Part shown: in pieces, positions 17,679 to 26,931 of the stretch | How the letters are laid out: each line of letters opens with the position of its first letter | How positions within the stretch are numbered: the first letter of the stretch is position 1 | DNA from: Acidobacteriota bacterium | GTDB lineage: Bacteria; Acidobacteriota; Terriglobia; JAJPHL01; JAPKYU01 | NCBI GenBank assembly: GCA_026394175.1 | Contig: JAPKYU010000013.1 | Location: forward strand, 1 to 46,163 | Length of the DNA stretch: 46,163 nucleotides | Direction: 5' to 3' | Position numbers and translations under genes: made by a program | Notes under the pieces: generated by a model | Told to the model about the DNA's origin: nothing | Database searches by the model: none | The model's input: only the letters and a program-made list of their open reading frames with translations

Positions 17679-17758
17679 AGTTTTCAGTTCTGAGTTGTCA
17701 GTTTTCAGTTGGCGGCAGGCTCAACAACTGAAAACTGAGAACTGAAAACTGACAACTG
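17679..17758. repeat. Heptamer hairpin (CAGTTTT / CAGTTCT / GAGTTGT units)
   Basis: AGTTTTCAGTTCTGAGTTGTCAGTTTTCAGTTG ... CAACTGAAAACTGAGAACTGAAAACTGACAACTG. Arms are about 33 nt with a few mismatches. Confidence 0.85.
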
Positions 17759-17762
17759 TCTT

Positions 17763-18386
17763 ATGGGCCGCCGCTCCTATCTGTACTACATCACCGACAG
17801 CTCGCAGCTTGAAACGCCGGAGCGCGTCGATGCCCTGCTGGAGCGCATAGGCGCGGCCTTCCGGGCCGGTGTCGATTGGGTGCAGGTGCGGGAGAAGCGC
17901 ATGCCGGTGCGCGCGCTGTGCGGGCTGGTGGAGCGCGCCGCGCGGCTCCCCGAGAAGGGCGCCGGAAAACTGCTGGTCAACGAGCGGCTGGATGTGGCGC
18001 TGGCCTGCGGCGCCGACGGCGTTCACCTGCCGGCCGACTCGCTGCCCGCCGGCGCCGTGCGCCGCGCGACGCCGCGTGACTTCCTGGTGGGTGTTTCCTG
18101 CCACACCGTGGAGGAGGTGGAAGGGGCCGCGCGAGAAGGCGCAAGCTTTGCCGTGCTCGGTCCCATCTTCGCTACGCCGGGCAAGAGACCGCCGCTGGGT
18201 GTGGACTTGTTGCGCCAGGCCTGCGGCCGCGTGGCGCCGTTGCGCTTTCCCGTGCTGGCGCTTGGCGGGGTCACGTTGGAGAACGCTTTTGCCTGTCTGG
18301 AGGCAGGCGCCGCCGGCCTCGCCGCCATCCGCCTGTTCCAGACCGCCGATGTAGCAAGGGTGGTGGCTCGATTGCGTTCGCTTTGA
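17763..18386 (+). CDS. thiE: Thiamine-phosphate synthase (ThiE family)
   Basis: LYYITD, VQVREK, ADGVHL, GVSCH, GPIFATPGK and LALGGV motifs appear in canonical order. Confidence 0.85.
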   Translation: MGRRSYLYYITDSSQLETPERVDALLERIGAAFRAGVDWVQVREKRMPVRALCGLVERAARLPEKGAGKLLVNERLDVALACGADGVHLPADSLPAGAVRRATPRDFLVGVSCHTVEEVEGAAREGASFAVLGPIFATPGKRPPLGVDLLRQACGRVAPLRFPVLALGGVTLENAFACLEAGAAGLAAIRLFQTADVARVVARLRSL

Positions 18387-18420
18387 GGCAGCCGCCTGGC
18401 ACCTGACACTTGACACCTGC

Positions 18421-19575
18421 TCAGTCCCCCATCAGGCGGCCGTAGCGGCGCCATTCCGGCACGTTGTCGAAAATGGCCTTCATCGCCGCGGTGATGGGAA
18501 TGGCCAGCAGCAAGCCCATCGCCCCCCAGAGCCAGCCCCAGAACATCAGCGAGACCGTCACCACCACGGGGTTCAGATGCAGGCGCGCCCCGATCAGCTT
18601 GGGGTACAGCACGTTGAGCGCGATGATGTGGAAACCGGCCACGCCGGAGGCGATGCCGATCAGCGGCGCCAGCGTATCGTATTTGGTGGCGCCGGCCAGG
18701 ATGGGCGGGATCATGGCCAGCAAAACGCCGAGGTAGGGAACCACGCTCAGAAAGCCGCTGATGGGCGCCATCAGCGCCGCGTAGGGCAACCCCATCATCA
18801 CGAACAGGAGCGCGGAGGCCGTCGAAAGAATCGCACCGATGATCACGTTGCCGAAGATGAACCCGCGGATCATCATGGTGATGCCGTCCAGCGTCTTCTC
18901 GGCCGCCATGCGGTTTCCGGCCGCGAACAGGATCACCGAGTTGCGCCGCAAGTGGTCTTTCCAGGCCAGCAGGAAGTAAATCAGGAACGGAACGAAGCTG
19001 ACCATGAACACGATCTCGGTGGCCGAACGGAGGCCGGCGCCCAGGTAGGTGGTCCAGTCGGTCTGCGGGGCGGCGGCGCGCACCGGGCGCCGCGCGCTCT
19101 TCTCCACCGCCATCATCGTGTCGGTCTGCTCCTGGATCTGCTCGGCTTTCTGGCGGAAGCGGAGCACGTGGCGCCGCAGCTTCTCCGAATAGCTGGGATA
19201 ATCACTCACAAAGGCCTGGGCCTGGGCGTAGAACAAGTAAAACGCTCCGTAGGCGATCCCAAGCAGGGCCATCACCATCAGCAGGGAGCCCACGGCGCGG
19301 GGCAGGCCGCGGCGGTCCAGCCAGCTCACCACCGGGTCGCAAAGAAAGAAAAACAGGAGCGACACCACGAAGGTCATCACGAAGGAACTGGCCAAGTACA
19401 GAAAGCCGAGCACCACGGCTGCGGCCACCAGGCGCAGGCCGAACGCGCGTTGCCGGACCGGAGTATCGTGTGCTGTCGCCACGGCGCTGGTGACAAAGTA
19501 CCACAGCAGCGCCGCGGATAAAACAGCATGCGGGGCGCAATCTTGGGGAGCGATCGTCTCACCGCAAAGACACAC
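18421..19575 (-). CDS. AI-2E family (PerM/UPF0118) transporter
   Basis: Polytopic membrane protein with the C-terminal LNPVVVTVSLMFWGWLWGAMGLLLAIPITA signature. The start is uncertain: GTG at 19575, with several in-frame GTGs downstream. Confidence 0.85.
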   Translation of the reverse strand: MCLCGETIAPQDCAPHAVLSAALLWYFVTSAVATAHDTPVRQRAFGLRLVAAAVVLGFLYLASSFVMTFVVSLLFFFLCDPVVSWLDRRGLPRAVGSLLMVMALLGIAYGAFYLFYAQAQAFVSDYPSYSEKLRRHVLRFRQKAEQIQEQTDTMMAVEKSARRPVRAAAPQTDWTTYLGAGLRSATEIVFMVSFVPFLIYFLLAWKDHLRRNSVILFAAGNRMAAEKTLDGITMMIRGFIFGNVIIGAILSTASALLFVMMGLPYAALMAPISGFLSVVPYLGVLLAMIPPILAGATKYDTLAPLIGIASGVAGFHIIALNVLYPKLIGARLHLNPVVVTVSLMFWGWLWGAMGLLLAIPITAAMKAIFDNVPEWRRYGRLMGD

Positions 19576-19655
19576 AGAACGCCAAGCTCACGAAGGGGCC
19601 GCCGCCGGCTCTTTGTGGCCTTCGCGTCCTTGGTGCCTTGGTGGTGGAGGGGAGG

Positions 19656-19919
19656 TTATTTTTTCTGGTACCAGTTGGTGTTGATCTCGGCGAAGTGCTT
19701 CCACTTCTCCGGCAGGTCGTCCAGCGCGAAGATGGCCGAGACCGGGCAGACCGGCACGCAGGCGCCGCAGTCGATGCACTCGATGGGATCGATGTACAGC
19801 ATGGTCTCGCCCTCGAATGTCGATTCGTCTTTCCTGGGATGGATGCAATCGACCGGGCAGGCGTCCACGCACGCCGTGTCCTTCACGTTTATGCAAGGTT
19901 CAGCGATCACGTAAGCCAT
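19656..19919 (-). CDS. Ferredoxin (Fe-S cluster-binding Cys motifs)
   Basis: CVDACPVDC and CIDCGACVPVCP cysteine motifs. Confidence 0.9.
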   Translation of the reverse strand: MAYVIAEPCINVKDTACVDACPVDCIHPRKDESTFEGETMLYIDPIECIDCGACVPVCPVSAIFALDDLPEKWKHFAEINTNWYQKK

Positions 19920-20037
19920 CGGCTAGCGACTCTCCTTCAACTTGAAAATACCACAAAGCCGGGAGCGACACAAAGGACGCCGCGGTCTTTTTTGGGCCGG
20001 CTTCTGTCTTCCCTGCTTTTTGTGGTCAAATCTCTAC

Positions 20038-21867
20038 ATGAAACGTTACTCGCTGCTGATTGGTGTTCTGGCGGCCGTCGGAGTGGCAGCCGCGGCCTAC
20101 GCCGTGCAAGCGCAGAAAGCACCAGCCGCCAAGGCCACGCCAGCCGAAGCGCGGGCCTTTCTCACCAGGGCCCAGGCGCGGTTGCTGGAGCTGTGGGCCA
20201 AGGCCGACCGCGCTTCCTGGGTGCAGAGCACCTACATCACCGACGACACCGAACAGATCGCGGCCGAGGCCCAGAAAGACGTGATCGCGGCGGCGACCGA
20301 TCTGGCGCTGGACGCCCGCCGCTTCGACGGCCTCAAGCTGCCTGCCGACACGGCGCGCAAGCTGGAATTGCTGAAGCTTGCCCTCACGCTGCCGGCGCCG
20401 GCGGACCCGCGGAAACAGGCCGAGCTGACGCGCATCGCCGCCTCGCTCGAAGGCGATTACGGCAAGGGCAAGTACTGCCCCGAGGGGCCGCAGGGCAAGT
20501 GTTATTCGCTGAACGACCTGGAGAACATCATGGCCCAAAGCCGCGACCCCGACCAGTTGCTGATGGCCTGGCGCGGCTGGCACAGCATCTCGCCGCCCAT
20601 GCGCCAGCGCTACCAGCGCTTCGTGGAGCTGGCCAACGAGGGTGCGCGCACCCTGGGCTTCGCCGACATGGGCGCGCTGTGGCGCTCGAAGTACGACATG
20701 CCGCCGGAGCAGTTCTCGGCCGAGGTGGAGCGGCTGTGGCAGCAGGTGCGGCCGCTGTACGAGGCGCTGCATACCTACGTGCGCGCCCGGCTCATCCGCA
20801 AGTACGGCAAGGCGGCGGAGCGGCCCGACGGCCTGATCCCCGCCCACCTGCTGGGCAACATGTGGGCCCAGCAGTGGGACAACATCTACCCGCTGGTGGA
20901 GCCGCCCGGCAGCGCCACCGGCTATGACCTGACCGAGCTGCTGAAAGCGAAGAACGTCACCCCGCTCGAGATGGTCCGCTACGGCGAGCGCTTCTTCACC
21001 TCGCTGGGCTTCGATCCCCTGCCGAAGGGCTTCTGGGAACGCTCGATGTTCACCAAGCCGCGCGACCGCGACGTGGTCTGCCACGCCAGCGCCTGGGACG
21101 TGGACCAAGTCGAGGACCTGCGGCTGAAGATGTGCATCGAGATCAAGGGCGAGGACCTGGTCACCATCCATCACGAACTGGGCCACAACTTTTACCAGCG
21201 CGCCTACAGCACGCTGCCCCCGCTGTATCGCGACAGCGCCAACGACGGCTTCCACGAGGCCATCGGCGACACCATCGCCCTGTCGGTGACGCCTGCCTAC
21301 CTCAACAAGATCGGGTTGCTGGCCCAGGCGCCGAAGGAGGGAAGCGAGCTGGGCGAGCTGATGATGCGGGCCTTGGACAAGGTCGCGTTCCTGCCCTTCG
21401 GCCTGCTGATCGACCAGTGGCGATGGAAAGTGTTCTCCGGCCAGATCAAGCCCGCCGACTACAACAAGACCTGGTGGGAACTGCGAAAGAAATACCAGGG
21501 AGTCGCCCCGCCGCTGGAGCGCAGTGAGGCGGATTTCGACCCCGGAGCGAAGTATCACGTTCCGGCCAACGTGCCCTACACCCGCTACTTCCTGGCCGAC
21601 ATTCTCCAGTTCCAGTTCCACCGCGGGCTGTGCCGCGCGGCCGGCCACCAGGGGCCGCTGCATCGCTGCTCGATTTACGCCAATGCGGCCGCCGGAGCTA
21701 AGCTCAGGCAGGTGCTGGAGATGGGCAAGAGCCAGCCGTGGCCCGAGGCGCTGAAGGCCCTCACCGGGGAAGACCGCATGGATGCTACCGCCATCCTGGA
21801 TTACTTCGCCCCGCTCAAGAAATGGCTGGACGAGCAGAACAGGAGACCAGTGACGAGTGACAAGTGA
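20038..21867 (+). CDS. M2-family (angiotensin-converting-enzyme-like) zinc metallopeptidase with a signal peptide
   Basis: [10 protein letters not shown] plus HEAIGD (HEXXH + E). Signal peptide is [23 protein letters not shown] chose the ATG at 20038. Confidence 0.9.
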   Translation: MKRYSLLIGVLAAVGVAAAAYAVQAQKAPAAKATPAEARAFLTRAQARLLELWAKADRASWVQSTYITDDTEQIAAEAQKDVIAAATDLALDARRFDGLKLPADTARKLELLKLALTLPAPADPRKQAELTRIAASLEGDYGKGKYCPEGPQGKCYSLNDLENIMAQSRDPDQLLMAWRGWHSISPPMRQRYQRFVELANEGARTLGFADMGALWRSKYDMPPEQFSAEVERLWQQVRPLYEALHTYVRARLIRKYGKAAERPDGLIPAHLLGNMWAQQWDNIYPLVEPPGSATGYDLTELLKAKNVTPLEMVRYGERFFTSLGFDPLPKGFWERSMFTKPRDRDVVCHASAWDVDQVEDLRLKMCIEIKGEDLVTIHHELGHNFYQRAYSTLPPLYRDSANDGFHEAIGDTIALSVTPAYLNKIGLLAQAPKEGSELGELMMRALDKVAFLPFGLLIDQWRWKVFSGQIKPADYNKTWWELRKKYQGVAPPLERSEADFDPGAKYHVPANVPYTRYFLADILQFQFHRGLCRAAGHQGPLHRCSIYANAAAGAKLRQVLEMGKSQPWPEALKALTGEDRMDATAILDYFAPLKKWLDEQNRRPVTSDK

Positions 21868-21938
21868 CCAGTGACGAGCAAGCAGCAGCGTCCAACAGGC
21901 GCTTCCCTTGTTCACTCGTCACTTGTCACTCGTCACTG
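21845..21938. repeat. Heptamer hairpin (GACNAGT units) overlapping the 3' end of the M2 peptidase gene
   Basis: GACCAGTGACGAGTGACAAGTGACCAGTGACGAGCAAG ... CTTGTTCACTCGTCACTTGTCACTCGTCACTG. 21 consecutive bp pair perfectly. Confidence 0.85.
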
Positions 21939-22162
21939 CCGTAGAAACAGCAAGGGCCGCTCGGGGAGGGTTGAGCGGCCCTGGCAGACAGCGCGGTCTA
22001 CGCGGGAGAGAAGCCCGCGCCGTTTCCGCCCATCCCTCGGGCACGCCCATCTCCACTCCCAACCTGCTGATTTTAAAAGCACTGGAAAAAGAGAAAAGCG
22101 CCTCAATACAGACAAATTGTGCATCAGGGCTTGAAGCGGGTCAGCGTGTCGGGGTCCCGGAA

Positions 22163-22261
22163 GGGGCTGTAGGCTGTGGGGTATAGGGCTGAGCTATGGG
22201 CTGGAGGCGAAGCTGTAAGTAGGATCGGCCGCACCTACAGCCTACGGCCCACAGCCTCAGC
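22163..22261. repeat. GCTGTRG-family heptamer hairpin overlapping the 3' end of the Usp gene
   Basis: GGGGCTGTAGGCTGTGGGGTATAGGGCTGAGCTATGGGCTGG ... CCTACAGCCTACGGCCCACAGCCTCAGC. Confidence 0.8.
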
Positions 22262-23239
22262 TTTAGCGGGGGCGGCCAGCGCCCGGCTCTCGGCCATGGC
22301 CAGCGAGGAGGCCAGCGCGCTGGTCAGGCCCAGGCGGCCCACCACCAGCACCGGGCAGGGCGCGCCATCGACGATGCGGCTGGCCAGCGAAGGCCACAGC
22401 GGGATGCCCAGCGGCGGGCAATGCGCGCCGATCACCAGCAAATCGGCGCCGACATCGGCTGCCGTCTCGATGATCTCTTCATCGGCGCGCCCATAGCGCA
22501 CCACGGTCCTGGGCGCGGGCTCCAGCCACTCCGGGCAAATCGGCGAGGAAAGCAGTCTCTGGCCCTCCGCGCTCAGGCCGGCCAGGAACTGGCAGAGGTT
22601 GAAAGCTTCATCATGGCCGCGGCGATGATCCTTGCGTTCCACATGGAGCAGGATGATCTCGGCCGAATAATGGCGCGCCAGCATCATTCCGGCCAGCACG
22701 GCCGGCTCACTGGGCGGATCGAAGCGCGTGCCGATCACGATCCGCAGTCGCCGGTCGGACAGCAGGCCCGCCGCCGGCACACGCAGCCCGGTGCAGACGG
22801 CGGCGCCATTCAGCGCCAGAACCGGGCAGGGTGCCTGCCGGTACAGCTTCTCCTGCATCCAGTTCATGCGCATGACCAGGGGCCGGCTGGAGCTGGCACC
22901 CAGCAGCAGCACATCGGAGTGCGACCTGCCCAGCAGCGACAACAGCACCGACGTGGCATCCCCCGTCATCACGTGCGCTTCGACGGGCACGCCCATGCGC
23001 GGGGTGCTGCGGACCAGTTCCTCCAGTTGCTGCCCCGCCTGGGAGTAATCCACGCCCCAGTCCAACCCGCCCGTATCCGGAAGGGCGTGGCCGCCGACAT
23101 GTACCCCGGGAACGGGAACCGCGGTGGCGGCCAGTATGCGGGCGCCGAAACCGCGGGCCAGCAGGATCGCGGCTTCCAGCAAATGCCTCGCCAGCGCTGA
23201 AAAATCAATGTAGACGACTATGCTTCGCACCTGGATCAT
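22235..23239 (-). CDS. Tandem universal stress protein (UspA-family) domains
   Basis: Two Usp-like halves. Each ends in a (D)LLxxGA ... G(S/A) ... PCPVL(V/A) pattern (VLLLGASS...APCPVLAL and DLLVIGAH...APCPVLVVG). Confidence 0.8.
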   Translation of the reverse strand: MIQVRSIVVYIDFSALARHLLEAAILLARGFGARILAATAVPVPGVHVGGHALPDTGGLDWGVDYSQAGQQLEELVRSTPRMGVPVEAHVMTGDATSVLLSLLGRSHSDVLLLGASSSRPLVMRMNWMQEKLYRQAPCPVLALNGAAVCTGLRVPAAGLLSDRRLRIVIGTRFDPPSEPAVLAGMMLARHYSAEIILLHVERKDHRRGHDEAFNLCQFLAGLSAEGQRLLSSPICPEWLEPAPRTVVRYGRADEEIIETAADVGADLLVIGAHCPPLGIPLWPSLASRIVDGAPCPVLVVGRLGLTSALASSLAMAESRALAAPAKAEAVGRRL

Positions 23240-23666
23240 GATTCATCGTCCGCGGATGCAAGTTACTTGCCGGGACAAGGCCGCAGGCCACGGGCTGCGG
23301 CTACCGGGCGCGGATGCCCTCCAGCCTGCGATCCGCAGCCTTGCAGCTTGGACAAAAGCGAGCGCGACTCTTCTGCGGCTCCGGGTGGACCGCAGCGAAG
23401 AAACAGCTCGCCTGCGGCAGGCTTCCGTCTCAATCCCGTGTTGGCACCGGGAGAGCGCAGACAGCGCTGCCGGGTATGATGGCGGACCAGCGCGCTTGCT
23501 TGGGCTCACTGAATGCACGCCAAAGGCCTCAGCTTTAGCGGGGCGAAGCGAGCCATCTCGCGACCATCTGTCCACAGTTTGGGCGTTTCCGGGGACACTA
23601 GCGACAGTTTGGCGGATCAGATACAGGAGGCACCCCGGCCCTTGGTGGTCGGCACCGGGATGTTGG

Positions 23667-23735
23667 GGGCGCTGCTTGCCGCGCCCCCAATTGCAGGCTA
23701 AGTACTCTCAAATTAGGGCGCAGCAAGCAGCGCCC
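23667..23735. repeat. Isolated long hairpin inside a 698-bp gene-free region
   Basis: GGGCGCTGCTTGCCGCGCCC (23667-23686) pairs with GGGCGCAGCAAGCAGCGCCC (23716-23735). That is 20 bp with one mismatch and a comparatively AT-rich 29-nt loop. Confidence 0.8.
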
Positions 23736-23937
23736 ACGCCTTGGCTTGGGCGGTAGAGGCTGATCTGCTGCGTGTTTTCGCACCACGTTCCCACGGACCG
23801 GGCATCGCCGGGCAGAGCAGATCCTCTCCTCTAACCTCTTTTGGTTCACTATAAGACGCGTGACGCTCAGACAGTCGCGGCCACCGCTTTCTTTGGCAAG
23901 CCCCGTGCCTGTAGACAATGGAGACGTCTGGCCTGTT

Positions 23938-25062
23938 ATGAATATCGGAGTCGTCAAGGAAACAGCCAGGTGCGAGTCCCGAGTAGCTCTGACACCGGCC
24001 GCCGTCCGCCGCCTGGTGGAGAACTCTAACCGCGTGTTTGTTCAGCGCGGAGCCGGCGAACGCAGCCATTTCCCGGACAGCAGCTACGTGGCGGCGGGCG
24101 CTGAGATCGCCTTCTCGCCTGCCGAAGTGATCGACCGCTGTGAGTTGCTGGTCAAGGTCGGCAACTTGACCCGCGATGAAATGCAGCAGTTGCACAACCA
24201 CCAGGCGGTGATGGCGTGGTTCCATCTGATTGTGGCCGACCGGGATGAGATCACGCTGTTGCTGGACAAGCGCATCGCGGCCATCGGCTACGAAGTGATC
24301 GAAGCGGTCGACGGGCGCCTCCCGGTCCTTCAGCCCATGAGCGAGGTCGCCGGGCCGATGGCGGTGGCGGTGGCCGGGCACTTGCTGCGCTCCACTTCCG
24401 GAGGCCGGGGCATCCTGCTGGGGGGCGCGCCGGGCGTGGCGCCAGCGCGGGTGTTGATCCTGGGCGCGGGGACGGTAGGCAGCACGGCCGCCCGCACCGC
24501 CCTCAATAGCGGCGCCACCACCTACGTGCTCGATCTGGACGTTCACAAACTGCGCCGCCTGCTTACGGTGGCGCCCGGAGCCATTACCGAGGTATCGGAT
24601 GCGGCCACCGTCGAGGAACTGGTGCCCCCGGCCGACGTGCTGATCGGCGCCGTCCTGGTTCACGGCGGGCTGACGCCGCACCTGGTTTCACGGCCACTGG
24701 TGGAGCGCATGCAGCCGGGCAGCGTCATCGTGGATCTTTCCATCGACCAGGGCGGTTGCGTGGAGACCAGCCGGCCCACCACGCTGGCCGACCCGGTCTT
24801 CCGCCACTCGGACGTGCTTCATTACTGCGTGCCCAACATGACGGCCGATATCGCCCGGACCGCCAGCGCCGTGCTCTCGCAGGCCAGCCTGCCCTACATC
24901 CTGGCGCTGACCGGCTTGGGGCTGGAGCAGGCGCTGCAACGCTCGCCGGAACTGGCCCGCGGGGTTTTCACGCTTTGGGGAGAGTGCGCCAACAAGGCGC
25001 TGGCCGAACGGTGGAGCATTCCGCATCGCGAGGTATCCACCATGGTCGGCCGGCAGATCTGA
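23938..25062 (+). CDS. ald: Alanine dehydrogenase
   Basis: MNIGVVKE...RVALTPAAV, VLILGAGTVG, and GSVIVDLSIDQGGCVETSRPTT ... HYCVPNM. Confidence 0.82.
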   Translation: MNIGVVKETARCESRVALTPAAVRRLVENSNRVFVQRGAGERSHFPDSSYVAAGAEIAFSPAEVIDRCELLVKVGNLTRDEMQQLHNHQAVMAWFHLIVADRDEITLLLDKRIAAIGYEVIEAVDGRLPVLQPMSEVAGPMAVAVAGHLLRSTSGGRGILLGGAPGVAPARVLILGAGTVGSTAARTALNSGATTYVLDLDVHKLRRLLTVAPGAITEVSDAATVEELVPPADVLIGAVLVHGGLTPHLVSRPLVERMQPGSVIVDLSIDQGGCVETSRPTTLADPVFRHSDVLHYCVPNMTADIARTASAVLSQASLPYILALTGLGLEQALQRSPELARGVFTLWGECANKALAERWSIPHREVSTMVGRQI

Positions 25063-25073
25063 CTGGCGAAGCC

Positions 25074-26393
25074 ATGAAGAGCTGGACAAACGCCTTTCGC
25101 GAGAAGCTCACGACCGCCGAGCGCGCCGTGGAGCGGGTGAGCTCCGGCGATCGTGTCTACGTGCACCCCGGCTGCGCGGAGCCGGAAACGCTGGTCTCGG
25201 CGCTGCTGAAGCGGGCCGGCCAGCTTGCCAACGTGGAGATCGTGCACCTGCTGACGCTGGGCAAGGCCGACTACGTGAAGCCGGAGTATCGCGGCCGCTT
25301 CCGCCACAACGCCCTGTTCATCGGCAGCAACGTCCGGGAGGCGGTGACCGAGGGGCGCGCCGACTACACGCCGGTTTTTCTGTGCGAGATCGAGCGCCTG
25401 TTCACCTCCGGCCAGTTGCCGCTGGACGGCGCGCTGGTGCAGCTCTCCCCTCCCGACGAGCACGGGTACATGAGCCTGGGAGTGGGGGTGGATTGCACGC
25501 TGACGGCCGCCCGCTGCGCGCGCTACGTGATCGCCGAGGTGAACGACCGGATGCCGCGCGCCCTGGGGGATTCCTTCCTGCACGTCACCAAGGTGAGCGC
25601 CATCGTCGAGACCTCGCACCCCCTGGCCGAGCTGCTCCCCGTGCCCTTCACCGAGCTGCATCACCGCATCGCGCAGAACGTGGCCGCGCTGATTCCCGAC
25701 GGCGCCACCCTGCAAATGGGCATCGGCGGCATTCCCGACGCCGTGCTCTCCTGCCTGCGCGACCGCAAGGACCTTGGCATCCACAGCGAGATGGTTTCCG
25801 ATGGGGTGATTCCCCTGATCGAATCGGGCGTGGTCAACGGCGAGAAGAAAACATTGCACACCGGGAAGGTGGTGGCCGGTTTCATGCTGGGCACCCGGCG
25901 GCTGGCGGATTTCATCCATGACAACCCGATTTTCGAGTTCCATCCCACCAGCTACGTGAACGATCCCTTCATCATCGCGCAGAACGAGAACATGATCGCC
26001 ATCAACTCGGCGCTGCAGATCGACCTGACCGGGCAGGTCTGCGCGGACTCGATCGGCACGACGCTGTACAGCGGGATTGGGGGGCAGGTGGACTTCGTGC
26101 GCGGCGCGGCGCGCTCCAAGGGCGGCAAGCCCATTATCGCCATGCCTTCGACGGCCAAGGATGGAGGCGTGTCGCGTATCTCGTCGCTGCTTTCCGGGGC
26201 CGGGGTCGTTACCTCGCGCGGCGATGTCCATTACGTGGTGACCGAGCACGGCGTCGCCTACCTGCATGGGAAGACCTTGCGGCAGCGCGCCGAGGCGCTG
26301 ATCGCCATCGCCGACCCGGCGTTTCGCGACCAGTTGTACGATTTCGCCTACCGCGCGCATTACCTGGAGCCGAAGTGTGTCGCCGTACCCTAA
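25074..26393 (+). CDS. Acetyl-CoA hydrolase/transferase family protein (4-hydroxybutyrate CoA-transferase-like)
   Basis: Family-typical blocks YVHPGCAEP, LQMGIGGIPDAV, HSEMVSDG, NSALQIDLTGQV and SGIGGQVDF. It starts 11 nt after ald. Confidence 0.88.
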   Translation: MKSWTNAFREKLTTAERAVERVSSGDRVYVHPGCAEPETLVSALLKRAGQLANVEIVHLLTLGKADYVKPEYRGRFRHNALFIGSNVREAVTEGRADYTPVFLCEIERLFTSGQLPLDGALVQLSPPDEHGYMSLGVGVDCTLTAARCARYVIAEVNDRMPRALGDSFLHVTKVSAIVETSHPLAELLPVPFTELHHRIAQNVAALIPDGATLQMGIGGIPDAVLSCLRDRKDLGIHSEMVSDGVIPLIESGVVNGEKKTLHTGKVVAGFMLGTRRLADFIHDNPIFEFHPTSYVNDPFIIAQNENMIAINSALQIDLTGQVCADSIGTTLYSGIGGQVDFVRGAARSKGGKPIIAMPSTAKDGGVSRISSLLSGAGVVTSRGDVHYVVTEHGVAYLHGKTLRQRAEALIAIADPAFRDQLYDFAYRAHYLEPKCVAVP

Positions 26394-26396
26394 GAA

Positions 26397-26439
26397 GGCT
26401 GTAGGCTGTGGGCTGTGGGTCGGCCCACAGCCTACAGCC
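26397..26439. repeat. GCTGTRG-family heptamer hairpin (best-preserved copy)
   Basis: GGCTGTAGGCTGTGGGC (26397-26413) pairs perfectly over 17 bp with GCCCACAGCCTACAGCC (26423-26439). The loop is 9 nt. Confidence 0.9.
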
Positions 26440-26469
26440 CACAAGGGGGGGAAAGGGGGGAAACAAACC

Positions 26470-26925
26470 ATGCCAGGCGCCATTGTCGGGGAAGTTCTTG
26501 TCCGCCAGGTGACCCCGGAGGAACTGCCGCTGCTGGAAGCAATGTACGGCAGCTTCGAGCCCAAGGAAGTTGCCTTGGGCCTGCCGCCGCGCGATCCCGA
26601 GCGGCGCCGCGAGTGGCTGAAGGCATTGCTGGAGGGAATCAACTTTGTCGGCGTGATCGGCCAGGCGGTGGTTGGGCACCTGGCCATCATGCCCGCCGGG
26701 CAGGCGGGCGAGCTGGCCTGCTTCGTGCACCAGGACTATCGCTGGCGCGGCGTGGCTACGGCCATGGGCAACGCCGCGGTCGCCGACGCCCGCCGGCGCG
26801 GCCTGACATGGCTCTGGGTGCTCATCGGCAGCGACAACTCACCGGCCCGCAGCGCCCTGCTCAACTACGGGTTCCACACCGCCTGGGAATCCCAGGGCGA
26901 AATGAAGATGACCTTCGCGTTGTGA
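26470..26925 (+). CDS. GNAT-family N-acetyltransferase
   Basis: Acetyl-CoA-binding segment of the Q/RxxGxG/A type (HQDYRWRGVATAMGNAAV) and a C-terminal NSPARSALLNYGF. A purine-rich RBS lies upstream of the ATG at 26470. Confidence 0.75.
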   Translation: MPGAIVGEVLVRQVTPEELPLLEAMYGSFEPKEVALGLPPRDPERRREWLKALLEGINFVGVIGQAVVGHLAIMPAGQAGELACFVHQDYRWRGVATAMGNAAVADARRRGLTWLWVLIGSDNSPARSALLNYGFHTAWESQGEMKMTFAL

Positions 26926-26931
26926 ATCGGC

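Noticed and set aside
17731-17740. A CTGAGA string just upstream of thiE, as found in the TPP riboswitch (THI-box).
   Set aside because: It is part of the CAGTTTT-type heptamer hairpin arm. The rest of the THI-box consensus and the P1-P5 architecture are absent.
23527-23543. A 17-nt exact repeat (CCTCAGCTTTAGCGGGG), also present at 22255-22271, as evidence for a duplicated Usp gene fragment.
   Set aside because: Similarity does not extend beyond the 17 nt at DNA level or beyond about 8 residues at protein level. It is too short to interpret and is only mentioned under the gene-free region finding.
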